Shown here one piece after another: positions 49,306-62,619 of a DNA stretch of 64,000 bases; within the stretch, counting starts at the first letter, position 1; every line of letters begins with the position of its first letter. The notes under the pieces were generated by a model, which saw only the letters and a program-made list of their open reading frames with translations, did no database searches and had not been told where the DNA came from. The stretch spans positions 496,001 to 560,000 of the forward strand of contig JAMWBK010000001.1 of the NCBI GenBank assembly GCA_029953675.1, written 5' to 3'. A program made the position numbers and the translations under genes. Source of the DNA: Rhodosorus marinus CCMP1338 (taxonomy: Eukaryota > Plantae > Rhodophyta).

Positions 49306-51599
49306 CGTTTCTTCTTTTGTTTTGTTCGTCGTTTTTTTGCCTTTTCTCATCTGTCATTCTCTCAAAACTAAATCTAAATGAATATGAGGGGGTGGTGGAG
49401 GGGGTGTTTTGTGACGATCACGATCTTCCTTTTTCTCTTTTTTTACAACCGATGATTCAGTTGGTCCGTCGCCAAAATGCTGAGCAACCGTTTTTTTTGT
49501 TCTTCTGCAGGTCGAAGTTGATTAGGTTGTGGGAAGAAGAATACGAAAACATGATATCGATCCCTCCCTCCAAAATATGTATATATATGTATTCCCTTTG
49601 GAGAGAAGGGGAGTGAGATGATGGGAAAGAGCGCGAGAAAAAGGGGGTGAGGGGGGTATCCTTGTTCTAAGGTATGCTGGTGATCTGGCCTTCCTTTTTT
49701 ATAAAGTTCGATAAAAAGAAGAAATCTACAGTTTGCTTTTTGCCTACCACGATTGCCATCTCGTACATCTTCTTTGATGAGGGTGAGAAAACGAGTGGGA
49801 ACCGCTCGTAGAAAAACCTAATTTGCCGTTTCATATCGTAGGGGGGTAGTAAACGATAGATTAGATTGAGGATAATTGAGAAAAAAGAGAATGGTCGATC
49901 GAACAAAACAAAGCTTGATGAGGATTGAATTGCGCAACATAAGAACGCGTTACCCCCCTCACCCCCACCCCCCCAACCCCCGCCCCCTTCCTTGCTTTGG
50001 TCATTCGCTAACTAGTCCCTGAGCAACCCCCCGCATCTCGATAACCAAAACTCCTCTTGTAGCTGAGGTTTCAGCTTTCGTTTTTTTGTTGTATCTTGGG
50101 AATGTGGTAAAACTTTTTTCTTGATGGAGAAGTTTGTTTGAGTCGATCGAAGAATGTGTAGAGGATGATCCCGAATACAAACTTAGTTCGGTCAAGCAAA
50201 CACATTTGTGGTAGTAGATCAGTTGAGATCGGGCGCCTTTTTCTTCTAAAAAGATTAGGGTTGATCGCTCTGGGCGGCTTAGTTATTTTGCTCGCTCCTA
50301 ACAAATGCCCAACAAAAAGATTTATTCGTGATGAGATGTAAATAAGTTTTTTATGATTCACAAAGCGCGAGTCGATCGAAAACACGTCTCCAGCCCTAAT
50401 TGCTCGTAATGTTGATCGCATTGGACAAGTCTTGGCAAACAAAAAGTGGCCAGATACAGTTGTTGCTATGATGTCACCAGATTCGAACAAGTGTTTAATG
50501 AGAAAATTTCCTGGAGCTTACTCACACCAAACTCATGTTCTTGAAGTGCTTGATCTACCCTCCATGAGTTAAACCTTGACGTTTCTGTGGCCTAGAACGA
50601 AGACACCTTCGCCAGGTTCACTCACACGCTTTAATGTGCTGGGTATGTCCAACCTGTGATTTGGGATTTCGCGGAGACAACCCTTCTTAGGCACGCGCTG
50701 TCGAGGGCGACGAGGAGCAGCACATTTGTTTGGAATGAGTTCCATCTGCGCAAGCCACGCGCAGGGGACGAGGAGCGATCGTTGGCTAGCTTTCGATCTA
50801 CCCTGGCAGATTATGAAAAGATATCAAACGTAGCTCTTCATCTCCTCCACGATAGCTGTCGTGTACCGGAAGGAATTCAGTAGCTCCCGGTGGTCATCCG
50901 GTAGTCCCTGACCCTTTTCGGATCAGGCCTCCGGCGCGTTGGACGGATGTCTCCTCGGTTAGGTGGACGACCGTCCTCCTGTGCCATGTGCACCTCTACC
51001 ACCACCTTGAGAACGGGGCACTTCGACCTTCCCCAGTCGGCCATTTGGAGTCTACCCACCTCATCGGCCATGACATCGCCCCGTCTCCGCATCAGAGAAA
51101 GCGATACCTTCAAGTTCCACGAACGTACATTCGATAAGGGTTTCGTCTGGCTACCTGTGCATCATTTCGCTTCGTTGTGTGGGCTCAGGATCCTGCACCG
51201 GGCACTGCATCCAACTACCTACGTCTGCGCGGCTGATCATGCTGCACCAGCGCCCTGCCAGTCACCGTGGACATCTTCACGAGGTCTGAAGTGTTAAGCA
51301 CAGCTCGCAAATGTGGGTTGGAACCTCGCTGGTCAGGATTGGGCCGCTTTAGACTCTGAGAGTGCGAATACTGCTTGGGTTTCCCAGCAGGTCCCTGTCT
51401 GTACAAACTCTAAGCACTGGCATTTTTACACCACGGGTTCCCGCCATTTTCCATCGCCTGTCGCGACAACAGGGCAGGGGTCACAATGACAACACGAAAG
51501 CAGGTCCAAACGTTGGATGTCAAGCGCACACAGCACTGAAGAGCAACTACTAAACAAACCTCAACGGTCGAGGTCATAGTCTCGCGAACATTGCGAATC

Positions 51600-52613
51600 G
51601 GACCACCCACCCCAAGCTCGTTTGACACTCAGCAGATCGGTGCATTCGGCCTCCTATCTGAACCTTCAGAACACCTCGAGTGCTCCCAACGGACCCATGT
51701 GGCAGAAGGCGCACATAAGCATCTCAATCTCCAGACGCCTGAGCTCGCAAGGGTCTGATCGTGGGTTGCAGTTTTGGCAGGGCTCTCAAAAGAACCTGGC
51801 GTTGTGACTAGCGCTAGGAAGAAGAAACTGCGTCTGGGGTGTCAACGGTCACCTTTCAAGTGGAGCCAAATCGTGTTCATTTGAAGAGCTGGTATATATC
51901 GTACTGCACAAGGGCTCCATGCGACACTACTTGGTGAGAAAGTGTGCTATTTGACAAGTTGCAGGCAAGGGAGGAGGTGATCAAGACAGCTGGTGCCGAC
52001 TTCTGACTTTTTCGTCCACGAATCAGAATCTGTTCTGTCAGTCCATTGCGCCTGGAAAAGAATGCCGGGACATTCACAGACGCAGCCAGTGCAGAGCAGC
52101 CGACCTGCTTGCATCAGGTCCGACGTGTTGCCGGGCTTCAAGGAGCTTGGCCTCCGATGGAGAGCCTCTAAGTAAAATTTTGTGTACGCCTAATCCGGGG
52201 TCCGGAGGCCTCCGTTGATCAGCAAAACAGCTCGCTCTCTGCGGAAGGATGATGAGCTGTTGCTCTTTCAAACGTCTGTGGTCGAGAGTGTACGGGATTG
52301 TAGACACCGTTGAATACGACTCAAAAGTTCTGAAATTCCTTATAGTCCTGAAGTTCCTGACGGTCCAGGTAAAAATGCAGCGGCAAGTTTCCACTCGAAA
52401 GCGACGCGAAACGGTGGCAAAGGTTCCACCACGAATCAAAGAAGCAAACAGAGCCGCTCTCTTGCACCGTCTTGCGTTTAAATTATGTTTTAATTTCAAG
52501 TATTCGTCTTTTTTCCTGTCCGTCATTTGGTAACGAAACGAGTCCGGGATTAAGGAAAAGCTGGTTGACCCTCTACAGTTTGCTAGTCTTCGCATAAATC
52601 CATGAGGGAACAC
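51600..52613 (-). mobile_element. Decayed non-LTR retrotransposon (LINE-like) RT C-terminal remnant
   Basis: Interrupted frames read ELLSRIQRCL ... ERAVLLINGGLRTPD*AYTKFYLEAL, resembling the LINE L.LP..EGGLG.P....Y.A motif. Many stops; boundaries are approximate. Confidence 0.35.
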
Positions 52614-52744
52614 GATTGCGGCTTTTTGAAACTTTGCACCGCCACTCTAGCAATTCGCCTCGTTAACCTATTCACTTTTTGGCGTTTTTCGTTACATATG
52701 ATTTCCATCAGCACAAACCCCCCCATGGCTGACGGTTTCTTCGT

Positions 52745-52930
52745 TCACTTTTCCTGTTCAGCAACGAACTTCTCAAACGCCGCCAGCTCTTCCGCGGTCA
52801 ACTCCTGAGCTACCTCGGCATCCTCAACTTGCTTATCCGCTTCTTCAGCAAAGTTCTTCATCATCTCCTTCTCAACTTGCTGCTCAAGCCACATCGACTC
52901 CGCCACTGTCAGATTGCACACTTCCGCCAT
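52745..52930 (-). CDS. Small acidic helical hypothetical protein (61 aa)
   Basis: MAEVCNLTVAESMWLEQQVEKEMMKNFAEEADKQVEDAEVAQELTAEELAAFEKFVAEQEK has protein-like composition, with GAG/GAA/AAG-rich codons standing out from the AT-rich flanks. Confidence 0.55.
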   Translation of the reverse strand: MAEVCNLTVAESMWLEQQVEKEMMKNFAEEADKQVEDAEVAQELTAEELAAFEKFVAEQEK

Positions 52931-54399
52931 CCTGAATATCTCACCCAAACTCCAACCAAAATATGCCAAAAACCAAATCTTCAGATTTCCAAATGTACTC
53001 ACCGCAAAAAACAAGCCAATTAAACAGATCACAAACTCCTTCCCGTTCTCTCCCTCCGACCCTTACTCCTCCCCCAACTCCCTCCGACGCTCAAGAACTG
53101 TTCACAGCTATAAGAACCCATCACACCGCTTGAATCTTGACATCATGCACTTCATCATCAAACGTCTTCAGGAGCTTAAACCCTCCAACTCACCCCTCTT
53201 CAACATACACCAACCACCCCAAACTCCTGAATTAAAACAAAAATAAGCCTCCAACAAACCAAACCATAACAAACCGATTCTGATAAAAAAACTTTCCCCC
53301 CCTTGGTGCCATCGTTGTACCCATTCACTGTGATTTTTTATCATCCATCTCGAATTCAAATCCCGTCTTAGACTGTTCTATTTTAGTCGATGTCACAAGA
53401 TTCTACAATCTCAATACCCCTCCTTGACTTGAAGATTGTATTCGAGTGGTCAGATTTGATAATAATGAGGAGTCTCACCCACAACCCCCCTTTAACATCA
53501 TTCTTCTATTTTGGTTCGCAGATATGACTCTCGTGTTGAAAACGAAAAGTTTTTATCTGGCCAAGTTGTTCAAAAAGGAATCTGAACAATTGTGGGCTTT
53601 CACTGCCAGCTGCTTCCACCTCCATTTTTCTACTTTATTTCTTCATTTTTACTCGGTCCTGTTATCCATTCTCAGCACTCCCTGTGCTTTTTCGGGTGTC
53701 TTAGCCGCAGATTTTTTTTTGCTCAATTCCTTATAGAAAGGGATACGTTCGCAGAGGCCAAGTACTGAGTACAGACGCCTTCCCGTCAAAAAAGAAAAGT
53801 TAATCATAAGTTCATCGTTAGGATTACATGTGACGGGGTAGGAAGATGTGAACTGAAAATGCACGTTCATGTATTATGTTACATTCTGAGTTATTTTCGA
53901 ATTGCAGAGCTGCAGTGTTTACCCTCTTTCCATGCAGCTAGCTGTTTCAGATATTCAGTCAAGCTTCAATCATTTTCATCTGCTGTGACGGGAAAGGTGG
54001 GGGGTTGGGGTCGTTGTGAGGACAGTTTAGAATTTTAGAATAATACATATTTCGACAAGAGCCCTGTCATACTTTCGAAACCCCCTCACATTATGGAGAG
54101 TAGTGGAGTGAACCAGGTATACCCCTTAGGACGGAACTCTTTGAACGAAGAAAGTTGATATATGGAAGAAAATGAAGGCTTTACACATGGAGTGGTGAGG
54201 GGTTAGCCCTGCCTCTCATGGAGAAATTTGATTATCTACACACAAAACCGTCAGCAAATACTACATATGTGTACATTTGTACATTTGTACAATAAGTAAT
54301 GGTTGAAACGGCCTATATCCCATTTGCTGTCCAGTCTGCTCAGGTTGAAGGGGTTTCAGTTGTGGTGAGGAACGACACTGAGGAGCGCGCTGGGCATCT

Positions 54400-54780
54400 T
54401 AATAATTCTCGACAAGATGTTATCGTGACTTTCCTTTGCTTGCACTCAAGTGTTTCGCCCGGATGGATGCAGAATGGATGATCGAGGTGCCCCAGATGAG
54501 CAACAGGACAATACGCGATCAGCTGTTTCTGTACAAGCAAAATTCGACAATCTTTTGGAACCACATAGTTGCAGACTTCCCACTTCCCCTGCCTGTACGC
54601 GTGGATGGGCCCAGGCTCGTCCCAGAGCCAGCTCAACGCTTCATTTGCAGGCAAATGCTCAAACTGGCCCCTGAAGTAGCGGGTTCGCAGAAAACCCAGG
54701 AATCTTCGCAAACACAACACACTACTCCGCTTACGAAACGGACATCCATTCTTCCGTCGTGGATACCAACCAACCAGTGA
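54400..54780 (+). mobile_element. Possible decayed hAT dimerisation-domain fragment
   Basis: IRDQLFLYK...IFWNHIVADFPL, then PRASST in a shifted frame, gives a weak match to W....FP.L...PASSA. Confidence 0.25.
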
Positions 54781-54998
54781 AACTGTGCATGTACTGCATT
54801 CGAAATGCTCATCGTAGGGGTGAGAGTGCATTGACGATCAAGAATTGAACGAATGCACCCCAGTCTCACCTTCAGGCAACTTATTGGTTAAATTAGAAAT
54901 CTGTGATCGCTTATCTTTACAAGACGAGTTGCAGCATCATGTGACCCGCCGCGGATGTTCGGCGAAGTTGTATGTTGTGGTAGTTAGCCGTATGCACC

Positions 54999-55862
54999 TC
55001 ATACTAGCATAGTCAGTCCTATAACGCAGCCTGAGGCCAGGAAGAACAGTCCCCCAACGAGACTAACCATCCGTTCTGAAATTCGAGCAGCCAGGAATGC
55101 TCCACCAAGAACTGCGACTACAGTACAAAATGTCTGACCTAGGATACCGCCTAGGGCGATACCATAGGCATTCCGCGATGCTGCCAGCGTGACGGTGGTA
55201 AGCTGGCTTCTGTCTCCCCATTCTGCAAGAAAAGTCATCCAGAAGCACCTACGATATCGGGACATTGGCAAGCAATTTCTTCAGAGCTGATAAGGGGAGA
55301 AGTCACCGGTGTCAGCTACGCGGCCTTGGCTTCGTAGACACACTAGCACACTAGATAACACCCACCGCAAGATATTCAACTTGACCTACCTCATCCAGAG
55401 CAACAAACTACCAAGCCGCGGACTACTACACTCCGTGTCTTGGGGTTTGAGCTCCTTCTTAGTTTCCTCGAAGGTAGCTCCTTGGCCTGCTCGAGAATTC
55501 CACCACTCTAGCATCATCTGTACACCGAAAAACATAAACAGTCCAAACGCCAAAATGGTAGTATACCTGAAAATCGTCGAACGGTCCGGTTAGATCGGCT
55601 CAAGCGCTTGAGGCTTGGTTTGAAAAATGATGGAGCAGGGACAACACGGCACTTACGACGGGTCAAGTACAGTTGGAATAAATCTCCCCGCGAGAGTAGA
55701 CAAAACAGTCATCAAAATCAGCGCCGTAAGCGATCCCAAGAGCACGAAAACCTTCGAATGCCTCATCGCCATGACCACGCTCATGAAGAACGTCTTATCT
55801 CCAAGCTCCGTCACCAGCGTTAACAGAAAACACTCAATGGTTGCCCTCCAAAACCCGTTCAT
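54999..55862 (-). CDS. GDT1: GDT1/TMEM165 (UPF0016) Ca2+/Mn2+ transporter, multi-exon
   Basis: Two family motifs, TELGDKTFF and FLAEWGDRSQLTT, each followed by hydrophobic helices; ATG at 55862. Confidence 0.93.
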
Positions 55863-57537
55863 CTTCAAATAACCTCCCTCACAAAAATAACTAAAACAAA
55901 AACAAAAATCCGTTCCAACCGCGAGCAAAACACACCTCCACCTCAACCTCAACTCACCTCCCCCTCAAAGCAAACACAGCACCTCCACATCCTAGCATTC
56001 TCATATCCCTCTGTCCATCGTCAAACTTTCCGCCTGTAAACCTTCTCAGAAAAAGACCACCAAAGCTAGCCATTTCTCCATACCACACCCCAAAGACAAA
56101 GCCATGTACAGATCTGTACCACCATTGCCAACAGCTCCATCTCTCTCTACCCTTCAGCCCTCAAAGCCCCCCCTATCCCCTCCCTCCGTAACTCCTCTTC
56201 CCTCTCCCCCCCCTCCTTTCTCCCCAGTACAATAATGACCTTCTAAAAAAAACATAAACGAAATATATTCCCATCGAATATCTCCTTGAGAACCCCCCTT
56301 GCTGCTCTCTTTTCTTAGGCTCTTTCCCGTCCGCGTAGAATCAGTCAAAATATTGAGATGGGAGCCAAATGTTTTCACCCAATCTGTTTTATGTTGATTG
56401 TATCTCAATCAAGAAACGCGTTAGTCCTCGGGTGCCAACGGAAGTTTATCCGTAGGTGATGGGGTAAAGGGGGGGGGTCAGTGCGGGTTTAAAATGGTAA
56501 ATGTATAGTTTGGAAATATTGCGAGGGTGGCTTATGTGTGCAATATTAATATGATAAGATTACAAGATTTAAAAAGGATCTGTTAAAGAACGAGAGTGGC
56601 GTTCTGTCAGAGACGATTGGAGCACTATTAAGGGCTGGTTTTCAAGATGCGTAGAATTTGTAGGCTAAATGCTGGGCAGTGGAATTTTTCTTCGGGCAAA
56701 TTAGGGAAGGAAGGTTTTTCGGAGGGAGTTTGACACTTGGAGATGCTCTTGGCTGGACTTGTCTTGAAGAGGACGGGCCTGGAGGACGTCTGCATAGTCT
56801 ACAGGGCTGGTGCGAGATTTCCCTCACCACATCCGCTCATTCTCCCCACCCTTGCGTGTTGTTGTTCGAACTGGTCTATTTTATTTTCTTGTTGGCCCAC
56901 AAGGGTAGTTGGAGTAGATGTCACAGCTGGGGTGTGGCATGGTCCAGTTCGTTGAAGATCTGGTTAGATTAGACTCTCTCGTTTCTTTCTGTGTGGCTAG
57001 TCAAGAGAGCGAAGCTTGTGCTCGTGGATTGCAATCATGGTGAGCACAAACAATAGCCGAACTCATCCCGATGGGGGGAGGAACCAGACCACAACCTTAG
57101 GGCCACAGTAGCGAGATGGCTGATGGTGACTGATTTTCAAATACAGCCGAGTCGAGTCAGTTGAGCAGTACCTTAGAAACAATTCGACAACGAGGCTGAC
57201 TAGGAGACATCGCGTGGCTTGCATACTGTTCTGCTCGGAGCAGTTTTCAGTTTCATAGCTCGAACGCATCAGCAGAGGCCGTGAGAAAAGAGCTTATTCA
57301 ACTGAAGCACTAACTCTCTGAACCGAACGAGCGTCAATCCCATTTGGTTGGCGTCGATAGTGAAGTTTCGACTCCCCGGAGGGAACATGAGCGAGTAGCG
57401 GAAGCTTCCTCTGGCTGACGTTTTCCGCTGTTTGGGTTGAGCGAACTCGGAAGCTGAGATATTGATGTGCGAGTATCTTGGCTCCTGTCGTGTGGTGTGA
57501 TTTCAGCGCCGGGCGGTGTGGAGAACACACCCTGGTC

Positions 57538-59627
57538 ATGGAAGATCAAATAATCTCAAAGGTTTTGAGGGAGCTCTCACTCGAGGACCTTGAATGCAAA
57601 GCCGGTGAGGTTACTTTTTTTGGATGTGCTGTATTGCAGCACTTCATTGGGGTACTGAGATGGATTTGCTTGTTTGCGGCAGCAGGACGAGTCTCCGCAA
57701 AATGGCGGGTTCTTACGAGAGACGAACTGGCGTACCGAGCGTTGCAGATGGGCTGGATGGGCCCATATATGCATTGGCAGAGCTTGAAGACGAGCGACCT
57801 GGAAAATGCTGCCGGAGTGGAACCATTCTTGCTTCCAGCCGTCGTGGCCAGCTTAAGCTGTTTCAGGTGCAGAGAACTTCAGGACAACGAGCTACAAAAG
57901 AGCGGAAGACAGTCCACGGCATGGCTCAAGATACAAGAAAACGAAAAGCTGTTTATGGAATGGCTGGCACGCACTGAGGAAATTATTTCAATAACATTGC
58001 ACGAAGCGACAAATCATTCCAGGAGCACGTTATTGCCAATTTTTCGAAGGAAATCTCTCAAGATTCTCAGAATCCACGGTTCGAAGTGGACGTCGCCGTA
58101 CAACAACTCGTTTATCCCACCGAATCCAAGCGAAAATCTTCAAGTTCTAGAACTCTGCCGTTGCGATTTTCTTGGAGCAGACTGGGGCGACCTTCGAGAC
58201 AAGTGCTTGCCAAAGCTGGAGAAGCTAAGCATAACTGACGGCCTCATCACCAGAGAAGGTGGGCAACCATCCCATACGTTGTTGAATTTGAGTCGATAGT
58301 TAGGAAAGTCCTCTTCAACAGCCAAGCTCAAATCTATACCGCACGTGAAAACGCATCCCGCTCAGGTGCTTCGATGATAGTGCAGCTCGAGCTTCCTTCA
58401 CTGCGAGAGCTCACGATCTACAACCGCCAACCCAGGTTCGCAACGGAGGAAAAACTAAGCCTTGCAGATCTCGCCAAAGCCAGCTTTTTTCGAAACCTCA
58501 CCGCCTTGCGCCTCTCGGAGATCTGTGTCGAAGGGTTCTCTTTCTCAGAGCTCCCGCGAACGCTGCAATTGCTGTTGTTCAGTAATAAGGATGCGGAGCC
58601 AACAGCAGTACCTAATGCTTCGAACTTCGGTCACCTTTCAAACCTGAAGGAGCTGAGAGTCTGTGGCGCAGGTATCAACGGATATCTTCCCCTGCCAAAA
58701 CTGGAATCGCTTTCAATGTACTCTGGAATGGATACGCGCTCATTCGTTTCCAGTTACGGACAAACGCTGAGTTCCCTGAAACGCCTGACGATTTCCCATA
58801 GCACCCTGAACCTAGATTCAGCATTGGACATCGCATCTTTGCCGAACCTGGAAGTGCTTAAGATCGACGGTTGCTTCCCGAGCTTTGCCAGTGTGGAGCC
58901 CATCTTTGACGGCAAGTTCGCCAGCAAGTTAAGGAGGTTGGAGATAACAGGAACCCCACTTGCGGCTAGAGGTTTGCGACGCCTTGTACGGAGCTTCAGG
59001 AACCTGGAAGAGTTGACTGTTGATGGATGTTCCCTAGACTCGTTCCTCCTGGGACCCCTGACTGAGCTCAAGAAGCTTCGCTGTCTCGATGTTTCTAGCA
59101 ATAGTCCACCCCAGCTTATCGCTGCGGATGAACCTGGAGACCAATCCGCAGACATCCCAGAGCATAACACGCAGACGATTCTTTGCACAGACCTGGAGAC
59201 CTCATCAGGAGGTCCGGGCAGAATAAGTTCTGTGTTTCCTGGAGTGGAAGACTTGAACGTCTCGCAGTGTTCTCTTCTTGACATGCACATGTGGAACATC
59301 GCCATAGCATTTCCACGACTGCGCCGTCTGCAGGCAGGCGGAGGATGGTACACCCACTTATCCCACCTCAAACCTCTCGCTGGGACGCTGAAGGAGTTGG
59401 CCGTGTTTAGCAATGAGGAGCTGAACGCCGAGAACATCCTGGCTTTGCCAAAGTTGAAGGTGCTGCACACCTACTCCATGAGCAACTTCTTAAAGCTGTT
59501 GGAGCACGAGAGCCTTGTTGAAGTTTTCGTCTACTGCACCGCGGTGCATTCAGACAAGCATGGCGCCCACAACGTCGATGTTCACCTCAAGTTTGAGGAA
59601 GCTGGAATCCACCTCGAGTTCAGATGA
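57538..59627 (+). CDS. F-box-like / leucine-rich-repeat protein, multi-exon
   Basis: N-terminal IISKVLRELSLEDL...GRVSAKWRVL is F-box-like. It is followed by repeated LxxLxL units (LPKLEKLSI, LSNLKELRV, LPNLEVLKI, FRNLEELTV, LKKLRCLDVS, FPRLRRLQ). Confidence 0.8.
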
Positions 59628-59699
59628 CGGCGAATCGCAATATGAAGAGCACCTAAAACAGTCGCCCGAAAGAATACGGGCGGGGAGGCAGGCACAGAA

Positions 59700-59960
59700 G
59701 GGAGATTTCTGGCGCTTGTCTCCTGGCCTCACGCTTGCGAGCCTGACAAACCCGAAAGGACCGCCAAATGCACGGGATTCCTGGGAGTTTTCCACCAACA
59801 CCACCGGGTTGGTATGATCACCTGGTGGGCACTCGTCGTGGAAGTGGGGCTTGACACGTAGGTGGAACTCTCCAAGATCTTTCGGGAGCCCGCAGGAAGC
59901 GGGAAATGTTTCCTCATGTCTTTGGAGACTAGAGGTGAACTTAACCCGTGTCCAGTCTCC
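59700..59960 (-). mobile_element. Possible Ty3/gypsy RT N-terminal remnant
   Basis: FPASCGLPKDLGEFHLRVKP ... TNPVVLVENSQES resembles the gypsy FP.VF..LG...HL.LKP and SP(V)VLV.K.DG motifs. No downstream YxDD was seen. Confidence 0.3.
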
Positions 59961-60258
59961 TCCGTTGAGAAAACATGTCAGAAAATTCCAGGAGCTGGGC
60001 TCTGAGAGTTGAATATAGAGGAACAACCGAACAACCGACGCGGAGGGGATAACTAGATAGAAGAAACGCAATGCAATTGCAATTCTGAAAAATGCCTAGT
60101 TAGTTTTTTTCTTGAAGGTACAAGGTATCATTTCCAGACCGCCCCCACATCATCTGGTGATGGAAACGTACTGCACAATACTTATGCCCAAATACACAAG
60201 GAAAGAGAAAAGGAAAATTGAACTGATCATTCAAGCAAATCGATCATGGGTGCTCTCT

Positions 60259-62201
60259 TCAGTGAGTCGCCTTCAGTTGCTTCTCAACCACTTCGGCCGT
60301 TTCAACGCCCCACAGCACGCAATCTCCAAAGGCAACTCCGCTGACGTAGTTCCCTCCAAGAAAGAGACCTGGGAACTCCTTTCTCGCTTCTTCAACATCG
60401 TTGAGGATGCTCTTGTAGCTGGGACAGCGGGGAATAGGCGATAACGATACTATTCATTCAGGCAACATTTTTCTCCAGGGTCCAAATACTGAAGCCAAAA
60501 AGGGTGCAAAGCGTAAGCTGTGGTTCTCCCCTCACCCCAAGTTCGCCTGCGGAATGGCGCGTTCCCATTTTCGAACTCCAAGGACCACGGGCTCGATGTC
60601 AGGGTCATCCTTCAAGAGGATATTCTTCACGTCATTGTGGACCTGAGCGCAGACTTCATCAGCCGTTTGCCCCGCAATCTTGTCATTCTGTGCACCACCT
60701 GCGGATATCCCGAGATAAAAAAAAACGGATTGAACTAAATACATGGAACTCTTCCGGCATGTAGAAACTGCAACAAGCCATGCTCTCACCTATGTAGGAG
60801 AGCAACAACTCCATACCCTCCGGAGCTCGACCAGGGAAGAGACAGGAGCTCCAGATGGTGCCCAATGTGGTGATACCCATCGAACGCGGAATCAGGTTGC
60901 CGAAGCCCTTAAGGGGTGTCTTGAAGGCTTCCTTTCGATACCCCAAGTTGACGGAATAGACGCAAGGGTAGTTGATCTCGTCAAGTCGTTTTGCTGACGA
61001 ACCGATCAGAGGTTCCAGCAACCCACTGGCAATATATGCCGGGGCAGTCAGAGCAACAGTCTTGGAGACAACTGTCTCAGGACCTGAAGGCGTCTGGAAC
61101 TTGGTGACAAAGTTTCCATCCTCGTCCGTCTCAATAGATTCCATCTTCCACTCCAGTTTGACATTATCGGAGCCTATCTTTTCAACCACCGCCTTCGGGA
61201 GGGAAATAAGCCCGTTCTTGAACGAGCCAAGGGCTCCGCCTACGAACGCAACAAAAGGTGTTAAGCTGTTTGTTGGAAGGATCACAGCGCGCCGGGTAAC
61301 ATTGAAAACGAGACAAGTATAGATCGGTACCTTTGTAGGTTGGTAGTTCTGGATCCGGTGGTGGGGCTTCCTTCTTCCGCTGCTGAAGGCGGATAATACC
61401 GCCCTCAATGAGCCCGTTGGTTGATCCCAACTGCTCCAGCGCAAAGATCTTTTTGAAGGCAGACGACATGGAGAGCGACATGGGGTTTCCAGCGTACACG
61501 CCGCTTACGAATGGGTCAATGATGCGCTCGTACACTTCCTTGCCGAGATGTCGAGATACGAACTCCTTCACAGACTCCTCTTTTCCACTGGTGTTCGGCA
61601 TCACCAGGCCAATAGCTCCGAGCCCGGCGCGAATGAATCCCCAAGGTGACAGAAGCCTGAAATTGGGAATGTCGGAAGGTCCAAGAGGCAATGCGAAGAG
61701 CTTCCCGTTCCAGTACACAAATCTTGGAAGGGTATGGTCAGCAAGCACAATATCATCTTTTAACCCAAGATCGACAGCCATCCGCATGATGTGCGGCGCT
61801 GGTTGGAATGTGTTCGGCCCCTCTTCCCAAGTATATCTGTATAGGACAAAAGATACGCAATCGTCCATTAGCACAAAACATCAGATCCAATCCGCCGATG
61901 ACCACTGCCTCCATCACACAATATCGCCTTACCCATTTTCCTGTTTCGTGATAACGTTTCCACCGATCCTATCCCTCGCCTCCGTCATAAGCACATTCAC
62001 TCCCCTCTGATGCAGCGCAAATGCCAGAGAGCTTCCGGAAACCCCACTGCCAACTACAAGGGTGTCAGCCTTCTTCACGTTGCTCCCATCCGTCGCGGCC
62101 GCGCATACCACGACACCACCTCTCCACGAGCGACGACCATTCAACACCGGCCTAGGGGGACCCTTCAGGTCCAGCCCAACCGAGACCGTAAACCCAATCA
62201 T
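60259..62201 (-). CDS. PPOX: Protoporphyrinogen IX oxidase (HemY type), plastid-targeted, multi-exon
   Basis: Transit peptide MIGFTVSV..., FAD motif VVGSGVSG...[70 protein letters not shown]; stop at 60259-60261. Confidence 0.96.
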
Positions 62202-62619
62202 CAGAAAACAACAAAAAACAACACAACGAAGCAGATCGCCCAACCGCCCGCCCCAACCCCACCCCACCCAGCTCACCCCTCAAAAAAAAAAAAAGGCTCG
62301 TCACTAACCAAATCCTTACCTCCCAAGTATCAACGGACCCACAGAACAAAAAAAAAACTGTCACAGATTTACATATACATACTTGCTCATAGATCATAGA
62401 CTTCCAATATCTCCAGTAGCACTCCAACCTCCCCATTATCAGGAATGCTATCAAACCCGCCTTCGCTCAGCCCGCATCACGATGTTCACGGCCATTTCGC
62501 TCAGCCCTAGCATTGATAACAAACCATTTCTACCCCAGCATTAGTACACAATGGAATAAGTTGTAGTAATAAGAACTAGTACGTATTAGTACAGACGTGC
62601 TCTGTTCGTTTAACTGTCA

